Shown here: positions 51,837-63,034 of the stretch, piece after piece | Numbering within the stretch: the stretch's first letter is position 1 | How the letters are laid out: the number at the start of each line of letters is the position of its first letter | Assembly: GCA_905178155.1 (NCBI GenBank) | Contig: CAJINV010000001.1 | Location: 2,097,904 to 2,161,903 of the forward strand | Reading direction: 5' to 3' | DNA: 64,000 nucleotides | From: Amoebophrya sp. A120 | Lineage: Eukaryota; Protista; Dinoflagellata | Translations under genes and position numbers: made by a program | Notes under the pieces: generated by a model | The model's input: the letters and a program-made list of their open reading frames with translations, nothing else | Told to the model about the DNA's origin: nothing | Databases searched by the model: none

Positions 51837-54800
51837 TCAGCGCGGCCGTGCCGGCTTTTTCCCATTCGGCGTCTTAAACGTCGGCGGGTACAGGTCCGGA
51901 TTGGCAACCACCCGCTTCGCTAATTCGTCCTTTCTTCCCGTGGTCTTCAGGTTACAAGCTTCCAAAATCGCTTTTATCTCCGGCACGGTGCGCTTTTTCA
52001 AGTCTTCCAGCGTGTACTTACACTTCTTCTTGTTCAGTGCCTCCTTTTTCGCCAGTTTGCTCGCTGCGGAGGGCGATTTCTCGTCCGGCTTTTTCGGCTC
52101 CAGGTTCTCCTCGTCGGACAGAATTTGCAAATCCTTGACATTGTTCCGATTCCGTTTATTGTTCCGCATTTTGTGCTGTTGCTGGTGCTGCGCTCTGGAA
52201 TTTGAGTCGTCATTCGCTCCTCCTGGAATTTCTCCTTGTTTCTGCAGTGACTGCCCGAAGGACATGTTGGAAGATTCGTCCTCCAAAATCGGGGTGGGCG
52301 GTTGGTCGTCGTTGTTCCTGCTTCCATTCCTCGCACCAGCTGCCGCCCCCGGCGCTATGGTGTCCCGATTCAAAACGGCCGCGGCTGTATTGCCCCCGGC
52401 AGAAGACGATGAGGCAGCTCCACCTCCACCTCCAACCTGGTGTCTGGCCATCGGCGGTGGGCGGATGACGGAATTTTGCGAACCGTGCCAGTTGTCTTCC
52501 AACACGAAAGGGGGAGAATCGTCGTCCAGCATAGCTTGCCGTTTTTTCTTCGTCTGCGCCGCACCGGCGCCGCGTTTGCCGGAGGGGAGGGGAACTCCAC
52601 CGCCGCCGCGACTCGCTTCCGCAGGCTTCACTTCGATATCTTCCAGGAGAAAATTATTGCTTGTCGTAGAAGCGCCGGGAGGTGGATGATTTTTGTTTTT
52701 TGTTTTCAAATCATCCTTGCTATCCTTGCGCTTATCGCTGGGGTTTATTATCGGTGGATCAGCATCGGCTGCGGAGGACGATGCAGGTGGTGCCGGATCA
52801 TCGGCGCTTTTTCCTGGATCTCGATCTTTATTCAGAGGAGGATCCACCTGCTCCGAATTCACCTGCTGCTTGGCTTTGTTTACCATTACCTCGGGCGGTG
52901 CAACAATTGCTACGCCGGGCTGAAAGCTTTCATCTTCTCGCTTGCTTTTTTTCGAGCCCCCTGCTGCGTTAGCATCTGCATCTTCTGGCCTTTTCTCGTC
53001 TGGGAGACCTGCAGGTGGACCACGACCTCCCTGCTGCTCTACTTCGAGCTTTGTCTTCTTCGCTTCCTCCACTTTCGCAGCAGCAGTGCCAGAGACAAGA
53101 GCACCAGCGTCCTGACTCGAAGATGATCCCCCAGCACCTCCTGCAGTTGTCTCCACCGCCGGCTCCCCCGCGTCGAACACGATCTTCCGCCTTTTCGGAC
53201 AGTAGTGCGGCCCGCGCCTCGTCCCCGGGGGTTCCATTTCGAAGTCCGCCTTCCCCCCGCCCTGTCGGCTCGCAAGAATGGGACTGCGGGCGCGACTCGC
53301 TTTCGAGAGGAAGGAGCTCGTGGCCGCGGTTGCAGATGCTGATGATGAAAACCCATTTCCGGCTACACTGGGGTTTGGGAGTTGCGTTGGGTTGTTCTTT
53401 CTCCCTTTCAGAAGACTGGCGGCACCACCGAATTTCGCACCGCCTGCACCACCGCCAAACATCATTGCAGCCGTGTTAAACACCGCACTGCGGTTCATGG
53501 CCGCAGTGGAAGACTTTTGCTGACTCGAAGTACTAGTTCCACCGCCGACTAACGGCTGGGACGAAGATGACTTATTTTGCTGCTGGCCCGTGGCACCCCC
53601 GACGGTCTTCAGCCAGTTCTCCTTGTGATTCCCATAGCGGATCTGGTTGGTGTTTTCCGTGCCACGGAGCAGTTGGTGCTTGCTCGAAGAGGACTTATCG
53701 CGCTGTTCTGTACCAAAACCGAAACTGCCGTTTGGAGGCGGGTCTTGCTTGTTTTTCGACGCCGCTGCAGTTCCAGTTGGAGATCCTGGCCTTATCTTTT
53801 CGCCAAATTCTTTCTTTGGAACCGGGGGCTCCGGAGGGTCCGGTGCGGCATCCGTCTCTTTCTCTTTCTCCAAACCGGTTACCGTCTGGCCGCGAAGTTT
53901 TGCGAGCAGGTTTTGTTGCCCCCCTGAAGTAGAGCCTGATGCGCTTGCTGCTGCTGCTGCTGGCGGATTTTTTGTACTGACGAGAACATCAACTCCTGGC
54001 ACTGGCACTTGTGCCTTCTTGTTTGCCCCCTCTTCTTGTTGCAAAAGTAGCCCGCCTGCCGCTGCCGCTCCGTCAGCGTTGTGCTTTTTCTCTTTGATGT
54101 GCTGCTTGCTCGAAGATTTTTCCTGATCCACATCGCTGTTCTTGTCGTGTTTCTTTTTCTCCCACATTTTTGCCATCTCGGACACTTTCGTTGAAAGTGG
54201 CTGTAAAGGAGAGCCTGCGTCGATTATGGGGGTCGGCGGATAATCCTCTGGTGGAACACCAGCGGCGTTATCATCTTCGTTGTTCGCAACCACCGGGGAG
54301 AACGCTGGCGAGCCGCCAACCTGCTCCGCCGAAAGCTTGTCTTTGTTCCTGCTACTTTTCGCTACATCAACTGCTCCTTCCGACACTGCAGATCTGCTAA
54401 TATTTTTCGTCTCTGCAACGTTCAAGGACGGCGGCGGGGCGATGGGAAGTTTGTTCTGACTTGTTTTCTCAGGAAGGACTAATCCAGCAGCAGGTGGTCC
54501 ACTTGAAGACGAAGAAGAAGAACCTACTGCTGGTGGTGCTGCAGAAGCAGCAGGGAGCGCGCTGCTCCGCATGGAGGCTTTATTATTCGGATGGTCTTTC
54601 ACAACAGCAGGCACGTAAGTCGCCGTCCCGGTGGAGCTGGATGCTTTCTCTACCATCAAGACGTCCTGCTTCAGCTGCTCTTTCGTCTCCCGATTCTGCC
54701 GGTTGAACTGCTCCAATTTGCTACCCACGGCATCTACCAGCTTGTTGCTGTTCTTGTTTCCAACAACGCTGGGCCGATCAGAAGTACCACCTGGCGCATG

Positions 54801-57800
54801 TGGTGGTCGCTCTCGCTGTACGCCACCAGCGCCGATTGACAAAGGAAGATTCTTTCGACTCTCTATCCGCGCAGGAGGACCACGACCAGCATCGCCGGCG
54901 GAAGATGAGGGCTGATGTGCAGCGTGAAGGAGCTGCTCTGGACTGCTCGATGACCCACCAACTCCTCCACCGACCGCCAGCTCCTTTCGCTGTTGTTCCT
55001 TTTGCAGCTCCAGTTCTCGACTTTCGGACCGCAGTCGCGATACGTATTGCTGCAGCCGGCTCTGCTCGTCCATCAGTGCTGTTAACGCCGTGTTGTCACT
55101 CGCGATCTTCTGCAATTTCTCCTTGTACTCTTCCCCGGCCTTCTATCCAGGAAGAAAAACCCACCCCCATTCATTTTTTGCATGGCAAACATTATGGAAA
55201 TTATGCATTTTTTGCATGACAAATTGGATGGGGGTGGGTGTTTTTCCCTGGATACCTTCTTCGCTGTCTCCACGTCCTGCGCCAGTTGCTGGTCCCGGAG
55301 CGCGACCAGCTGCGCGGTCTGCAGTTTCAAATTCTGCACCTCCTGGGACAGTCGTTCCTTCTCGTGCCGTTTCTCGTTCATAGTCTCCTCCATCTGCTTC
55401 TTACTCTCACAAATCTCCTGCTTCGCCTCCTCGAGCTCCTTCTGCGTTTTCAGTTGCTCCTCCTTCAGCTTTTCTAACAGCGCCAGTTGGTGTTTCTTGT
55501 CCTCCTTGTACGTTTTCTCCAGCTCTTCCAATTCCTTTTCCCGCTGCTCCACGCGGTTTAGCGTCGCTTCCTCCCGCTGCTTCCACTGCTTCACGAGTTG
55601 CCGCCGCTTCTCCTCCTCGGTCGTGTCCTCGTCGAGTAACAGGCGCAGTGCTTCCTGCTTCCGCTGCACCTTCGCGTCTAACTCTTCAAGCGTTTTCTTC
55701 CGCTCTTTCTTCTCATCCTCAAACTGCTCCCGGAAGGATTTCCTTTCGTCTTCCAGATTTTCCCGGTGCTTTTCCAAATCTCTCTCCCGGTCCTGCAACT
55801 TCTTGTTCAGCGCCTGCAAATCCTCTTTCGCCCGATTCAGATCCTTCTCGACCGATAATTTGCTATTCCTTATTTTCCCCTCGAGTTCCTCTTTTTCGTT
55901 CCGCATAGTTTGAATTTCGGATTTCACCGTGGAAATTTCCGCACTTATTTTGCCCTTTTGCGCCTCCAAATTGTGGATCTCGTTGCTCTTCTTCAACCGC
56001 ACCTCTTCCAGCGCGGCGACGTTCGACTGCGTGTCCATCGCTGCTTGTTTGGCCTCCTCCGCGGCCTGCTGCTTCTTCGTCAAATCTTCCTTCAGCTGCG
56101 TGCGTTTCCGGGAAAGATCCTCGAAATCCCCCTTCGCGGCGGCGAGCTCGACTTTCTTCGAGGACAAATCTCTGTCTAGGTCGTCCACTTGTGTCCAGAT
56201 AGTTGTCCTCTTCCGTTCCAATTCCAAAATCTCCGCACTCAACACTTTCGCTTGGTCCTGCTCGATCTGGTTCCGCAAATCTTCGTGCCGTTTCCGCAAA
56301 TCCGTCATCTCCGCCGTTCTCTTGCTCGCTTCGGTCTCCATCTGGATCTTCTTCGCTTGCAGGTCCTGCAAAGCTGTGGTGTGGCTGAGCTTCTCGATTT
56401 CCAGTTCGCCTAGGGAATTGGACAACTCGATCTTCGAACTTTCCAACCGGTGCAGCTCCTGTTTCAGCTCCACGCCGCGCGCGTGCTTGCGCTCGTTCTC
56501 CGCCACCTGCTGCTCGTACTGACCGGTCAGGGACTCGATGCGCTGCATCAGCACACTCGCCTCGTTTGTCATGGTGGTCACGTCGGCCCGGGCGTTGTCG
56601 CTCTTCTTAGTGTAGGCTTCAATTTCCGCTTCCTGCTCCTCGACGCGAGATTCTTGCTCTTTGACCTGATAGAAAAGAAACGAATGCAACAGTTGTAAGT
56701 AAGTACTTCCGTGTGCTTCTCCTTTTCTGCACCTGCTGTAACCGTAGATGTGCTGGAGAACACAATCTCATTCCCTGTGTCTATTTCATGCAAAAGAAAA
56801 AAAAAGTCATGTAATTGATGCAACACAAAAGAGCGAAACTATACCTTCTCCTTCAGCTCCTCGAAATGCTTCTCCAGCTCTTCGTATTCTTGTTCTAATT
56901 GCTTATTTCCTAATCCGAGTTTGTTTATCCTCTCCTTGGTTTCCTGCTTTTCCGTCTCCAAGTGCTCTAAACTGTATCAAAGGAAAAAAGTGTTACAGTT
57001 ACACATTTGTTGGAATTCTAGCATCACAAGTTGCTCTGCATGGCAAAAGTAATGCGCAGACTATAAGGGAAAACACACGCGAAATGACGCTAGCAAGCTC
57101 AAGCATTTCCTGCATGACAGAGGTTGTCTGTCTTGCTTGTCTTGCGTCAGGGTGTGTAACTGTAACACTTTTTTCTCACGATAAACTGCTCTGCAGCTCC
57201 ACTGCTTCCTTCCGCATTTCCTCCAGCTGATTCTGCTTCTTGTCCAAATTTGCATCAACAGCCGCCATCCGCTCCTTCCGCTGCTCAAACTGCAGCTCAA
57301 ATTCCTCGAATTTGTTTGCTTGCTCCGCTTCAATTTTCTGCTTCTCGAAGGAAATTTCCTGCAGTTTTTCCTGCATTTTTCCCAACTCCTCCTCCGCTTC
57401 CGTTCTTTTCCCATTGATCGCTTCCGTTTCTTCCTTGAATATGCATTGCAAATGTATCTGGGTCTGGAAGAGTGCAAGCTTGTAATGCGCACTTCATAAC
57501 ACAAAAAAGTCTCTCATGCATAGGCAGCAAAAGTTGCCCTCTTTCTGTCACCAAAATGGGGCATTTGTCATGCGGATTCGGCATTGCGCAAGCTTTTCGA
57601 AATCTGTAATGCTAGAGCTTCCATGCTATACCTTCTGTGTCATGCTAAAGCAGCATGACTCTTCCAGACCCAGACATATTTGCATTTGATATTCAATTGG
57701 TGGATTTTATTTTCCTCCTCCGCGTATGCCTCGACCGCCTTCGACAGCATGGCCCGCTGCATCTCCAGCCGTTCTTTCGATTCCGCCGCGGCTTTCTCCC

Positions 57801-59990
57801 GCTTCTCGATATCATGGACGACGGACCGCACCGCTTCCTGCGCGGCGCTCATTTCACTGGCCCAGCGTTGTCGTTCCGTCTCCTGCCGCCCGAGCTCGTC
57901 GTTTTCTTCCTGCTCGAGCTCTTGTAGCTTTTTGTTCGCGGATTCTAATTCCTGCATCTTTTTTTCGTATTGAAACATCAGCTCCTTAGATTTCTCTTCG
58001 ATTTCCTCCAACTTTTCCCGGCTGTACTTCTGGTCTTGTTTCACTGCCGCGAGTTTGTTCGCCTCCTCCTGCAGTTTCTCGTCATGTAACGCGGCGATTT
58101 CGGCGTTCAGAGTCTCCTCCTTCTCCAATCGGAGAAGTTGAATTTGTTGCTCCACTTCCGTTTCCACCTCCTGCGTGCGCTGCGAAATTAGCTCCTCACG
58201 AATCTTCGTTTCTTCGGTAAGCAACTCCTTCTGAAGTTCGGTTTGCAAACGCAAAACGGCCTGTTTGATGATGTGATTTATTTCACGTGAATAAGGCTTA
58301 TTCAATAAGCTCGAAGGAAGAAGTTGTCCGGCAATTATTGGAAGTAGTAGAAGACAAAGCAGACAATTTTTTTTACGTTCAGGAAGCATAAACATGTAAA
58401 TCAAACATACAGAACTCGATCTAAAATACCGTAGAATGTTCCTCCTCCAGCTGCCTCTCCATTTTCGCTCTTTCTTCACCCGCCCAGCGACTCAGCTCCT
58501 TCTTCTGCTCTACTACCTGTTCTTCGTGTTTTGCCTGTTTCTGCTCAATCGACGCGAGTAACCGATTGTACGCTTCCATCGCTTTTTCGTGTTCGGCCTC
58601 CATGGTGGTGCGCGCCTTTTCGAATTCCTCTTCCCTTTCCTGCAAATCTTTCGCCAGCTCGTCCTTTTTCAACTTTATCTCCGTTTCCAACTCCGCCAAA
58701 GCGGTTTTCTTCTGAATGTCCAGCTCCTCCTGCAATTCCGTGATTTGCTGCAGCACTTGTTGCCGCTGCTGGTTGTCCGCTTGGGACTGCTGTTCCAACC
58801 TTTTCTGGTTGTCGGCTTCCGCAGTTTCGGCCTGTTGTTGTTTTTCCCGTAACTCGTCCTCCACTTGCGTCAACTTTTGACGAATCGAAGACACGGAAGC
58901 TTCGAGCTTTTGCAGCTCCTGCTTCTTGTCTGCTTCCTCCTCGGCCATGTTCGTAGCCGTGTTCGACAGTGCAGCGATCCGCTCCTCGTAGTATTTCACG
59001 CTCTGCTGCTTTTCCGCCAGCGCCTTTGTCATCTGCTCGAGATTTTCTTGGAGGACCTAGTTTTATTAGCAGACTCAATGACAAGGATCACGCCACTTCA
59101 AAGCCAAGATTGTTCAACCACATCATGGAGAAGAACGAAGCTCTCAGCGGCCTTGCATCTTTCTCTCTCGTTCTTTTCTTTTGTAGATGCAACACGTTGT
59201 AAAAACAAAAGTACCAGTCTAATAAGCATAAAATTGGTGTTTGATTATAATCTTAATGTCAGAGACAGAAGAACATGAAGAGACAACGCAACAGGGTGGA
59301 GAGGGGGACAACACTTCAGCCCGTAACGTCCACATGAGACAGACCACGCTGCTTGGGAAAGTAGCTCGAAGTGGAATGTACAAAATGTGGTGCTCGCATA
59401 AAACTGTGATCCCAATGTGCAAGGTGGTTACGGGCGCCGGCTCCACCATCCAAGCACTCACAGTTTTATCGTGTTGATGGTGGCATAAAAAGTGAAAAAA
59501 ATACCTTCTCCTTCCCTTCCGTTTCCTGCCACACGCCCTTCAATTCTGCCAGCTTCGTTTCAAAGGAAATTTCCTTCGCCCGCATTTCTTCCTCCTGCTT
59601 CGCGAGAGACAACTGCGATTGGAGAAATGACTGCTTCCACGAGCAACGATCGTCAATGAGTTTCAGGGAAGACGTGCTGATTTGCTCATGCTGCTTTCGA
59701 AACTCTTTGTTCATTTCCAGTACCAAATCGCACCTGGCGATATCTTCCTTCTTGAACCTTTTCGCCGGGTTCTTGTTGTCTCCTGTGGTTGGCGGCGAGG
59801 AGGAACTACTGCAACTTTCCTCGTCGCTACTCGCGATGTCCTCGCGGGGGCGCTTGTCGTGAAGAACATCTTCGTCCTCATCGACAATGCCGGTTGCAGC
59901 TCCCGCTGCAGTAGTAAAAATTGTAGAAGGACCTGCGACGGCGCTGCCGGCGGCCGTGCTGAGGTTGTTCTTGTCCAGGCCGTCAACCAT
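51837..59990 (-). CDS. Giant coiled-coil protein with long disordered tail and C-terminal SAP domain
   Basis: About 1000 aa of heptad-rich exons (55082-59990) followed by a 1092-aa ORF ending in the SAP consensus LKKRTVPEIKAILEACNLKTTGRKDELAKRV. Introners 57440-57691, 56975-57183 and 55144-55254 join the frames. Confidence 0.75.
55144..55254. mobile_element. IR introner, family F-like (shortest, 111 bp)
   Basis: TATCCAGG..GAAAAAC.CCACCCCCAT versus ATGGGGGTGGGTGTTTTTCCCTGGATA; TSD CCTTC. Confidence 0.9.
56975..57183. mobile_element. IR introner, family D
   Basis: TIR GAAAAAAGTGTTACAGTTACACA; TSD AACTG. Confidence 0.92.
57440..57691. mobile_element. IR introner with family C core and an A-type outer end
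   Basis: TATGCATTGCAAATGTATCTGGGTCTGGAAGAG...CTCTTCCAGACCCAGACATATTTGCATTTGATA; TSD TTGAA/TTCAA. Confidence 0.88.
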
Positions 59991-61202
59991 GTCTTGTTCC
60001 CAGCCACTGCTTCAGCTTTACTTTTCGTGCCAGGGTAGAAAGGGTTCTCCTGTCACATCTGTAGAACCAGTGTGCAGTCGTGGACGGCACTAGTTCTAGC
60101 GGTAGCGCAGTCCGCACTATATAATGAGTTGCGCGCCATCATATTTGCTAGGTAGACTTCTAGGAGCGAGTGACAATGGCAGCACGAAAAATGGCTCCGG
60201 CGAAAATCTTTAGGATGACAATGACTGTAAGTTGCACGACTTACTACAAGAACGTAGCTTCATGTAGTTCTCATCATCGCGCGGCTCGACCGCGGCACTT
60301 TTGTCTAAGTGAAAATTCATGAAGAGTCGGGTTGTTTGATTTTGCCAGTGCAAGTTGCTGGCGGTGCCCTCAGTATTTGCGGCAGCTCCTAGGGGAAGAA
60401 CAATCGAGTGTATCAAAATACAGGCGCGATGAACAAGGCGGCCACAAATCTTCTTCAATCATGCTTTTCAGGACTGGTTGAAGATGAAGATCAACCGAAG
60501 TTCGCGGTTCCGAAGTACTAGGAGCAGAGATTTCTTGTATGTAAGGACGAACGCGACATCAAGCTCAAGCGAAAAAGACAACAAACCTCAGGGATTTCCA
60601 AATCCAATACTGCTCTCACCACACACCTGACTTCGCTTCCTCAACACGAAACAACTTCGGACACAACAAATCGAGATCACACACATTCGAAACACTGGAA
60701 TGTTCTTTGACATAGGTACATCGAACTCGAAGTCGAACCACCACGACAAATAGAACTCAAACTCTCAAAAATCTAGCCCGATGTGAGGAAGCTCCTGCGT
60801 CAAATCTTTTTCATCAAACTTTGTACAGCTGGGGGCAGTTGTGAAACCATTTGTAGTTCGAAGGTTTCAACTCGTGATCATGGCCATGATCAAGGGGTTC
60901 TTTGGAGAAGCTCTATACAAGGGAAACGGTCGGGGGGCCCGCCTCCGTGTTGAGAAGTTGTGCATTATCACTCGACATTGTTGTTCCATTTGCAGCTTCG
61001 GAAACCGAAACGACAAGATCATACAAGTTTTTCTTGGCTTCTATTAATCGTAAACGATGCAGCGAACCTGCAGCTTCGATGTGTTTTCTTTTTTTGGCTT
61101 GAATGTGTATAGATGTGATGAATCTGATAGAAGAAAAAGTCCTAAGTAACCGTATTAGCCTTCATGACCGTGCCGGAGCTGTAGCTGCGAGTCATCTCAG
61201 CC

Positions 61203-63034
61203 TCATTCGATGTCGCTCCCGTCGGCGCGCTCGGTCATGGCGTGCACAGCTTGCTTGGCCCAATCCTTGGCGCTCCAGTCTTTCGGCACTGCACTCATGG
61301 CCAGCACGTGCTTTCGGAAATCGTCTTCCTGGTTCACTATTGGGGCGATCTCCGCTGCCTTCGACCTGGTACATAGTGAAGTTTCCAAAGAAAGCATTTC
61401 AGCAGTTGTTGTGCAGTGCTTCGATCGCGATTATTAGACCACTTAGAACTACTAGAAGCAGCTCCAGAGCAGAAATATCGGAAAATAAACGAAGCGGATT
61501 ATTTTTATCTTTTTCTTCTTGCAAATCATTATCAAAAATGTGATCATCAAGCGGTAGTCACAACATCAAAAAGGTACCATGCCGTGAAGAACTGCGCGAA
61601 CGCAGACTTCAGATTGATGATTTCGCGCTTTGCCGAGCTGCCGATTGCCTCGCTGCTGTAGTTTCCTAGCTCCTTCTATGCAATGTAAATTTCCTGTACA
61701 TGTACAAAATGCATGACAAATTTCGCTACCTTGCAGAGCCCAGCTTGTCATGCTGCACTAGGATTGGAGGCAAGTTTTGTCATGCAGAAACCACATTTGT
61801 ACGTGTACGGGAAATTTACTGTGGATACCTTCAGGGTGGCGTTGGCTTCGTCCACCGGTATTGGCTTGACTAGGGTTTCGTTCGCGAGCTGTGGGTGTTG
61901 GGATTTATTGTACAAAGTGTTTTCTATCTCCTGCACCTCGTGCTTTACCCCCTCGAAATATCGCTCGGTCTCGTCTCTCGCGAGGCGCTCTCTCTGCATC
62001 TCCTGCTGGTACTCCACATAGCCGGATATGGCCAAAAGCTCCTGCCACGTCTGGTCCCGAGCCCGGTCTGTGTCCAGCCTGTCTTCCAGCGAATTTTCAA
62101 AGTCACTTGTTGTTGGAGGCGGGTTCTTTGCTTGATCATGCACTGTTGTGTTACCTGCTGCGGTCGTGTTACTACCATATTTACTTTCAAACACGATGCT
62201 CGTTTGTTCCCCATTGGCCCCCATGACTTCTATTCTCGGTGTCAGACCGACGGAGACCCGGCCTAAATTCATCATCTGCGAGCTTTGCTTGGATGAGGGC
62301 CGGTTCCCAGCCTCGACCATACTGATGCCGGCGTAGAGATCAAAAAACGCGGCGTTGGTGCGCGGAGACGTCGACAATGCATCCGCGTTTTCCGACAAAA
62401 GCTGCCGCTGCACAATCTCCTGCTGCCGGGCAAGTAATTCCGCGATCTGCTTTTGGTGAATCGCCAAAACCTGCTCCAAATCCTCCGTGATTCCTTGCTC
62501 CTGTTGCTCCCCCGGCGCCGCAGTGGTTCGGCTCTGTGCCGTCGCTCGTGATAATTGCTCAGTCTCTCTTTCATCGCTCCGGAAGACCACGTCTTGGTTG
62601 GGTATTTCAGTCGGGGAGGGGAGAAAACTGCTGGGATCGAACGAACCTGGGGGCAGGCCGCCTCCAAATTTATTGTTTTTTACCTCTGAAACCATGGTCG
62701 CCTGTGCCTGCGCGGCGGCCTCGGCCTGCGCAGCCTTCTCGGCTTCCATCGGCGCGAACCGGAGTTCTCGGTTTTTCTCCGCCACCTCCTGCATTCTTGA
62801 CCACTGGTCCTTCCAAAAGCGTCCAACCTCCGTCCTCAAGTCCCGCTCGTTCTCCCGGTGTTTTATCATCTGTGGATTGGATTTTTGTGTTTCTGCTTTC
62901 AACACTTTCAGTTTCAGCATACTGTTCAAATTTTCACGAGAAACCAAGGACGTCGTGGTCGTGTCGCAACAATATGATTGTAGTTCACCAGCACAAAAGA
63001 AAAGTCCATGAAGAAAGAACAAAACATGCCTCAT
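61203..63034 (-). CDS. Hypothetical protein, possible signal peptide, coiled-coil segments
   Basis: 428-aa ORF that continues after introner 61677-61827 (TLK-ELGNYSSE). Probable last exon within 61203-61397. Start uncertain. Confidence 0.55.
61677..61827. mobile_element. IR introner, family H
   Basis: TIR GTAAATTTCCtGTACAtGTACAAA; TSD CCTTC. Confidence 0.9.

Noticed and set aside
60180-60201. Relic dinoflagellate spliced leader (GCCGGAGCCATTTT on the minus strand)
   Set aside because: It matches only the 5' half of DCCGTAGCCATTTTGGCTCAAG and lacks GGCTCAAG. A similar partial match near 15127-15138 suggests chance.
396-63034. Pseudogenes or frameshifts suggested by the fragmented ORF track
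   Set aside because: The breaks coincide with introners or GT-AG introns whose removal restores intact frames and catalytic residues.
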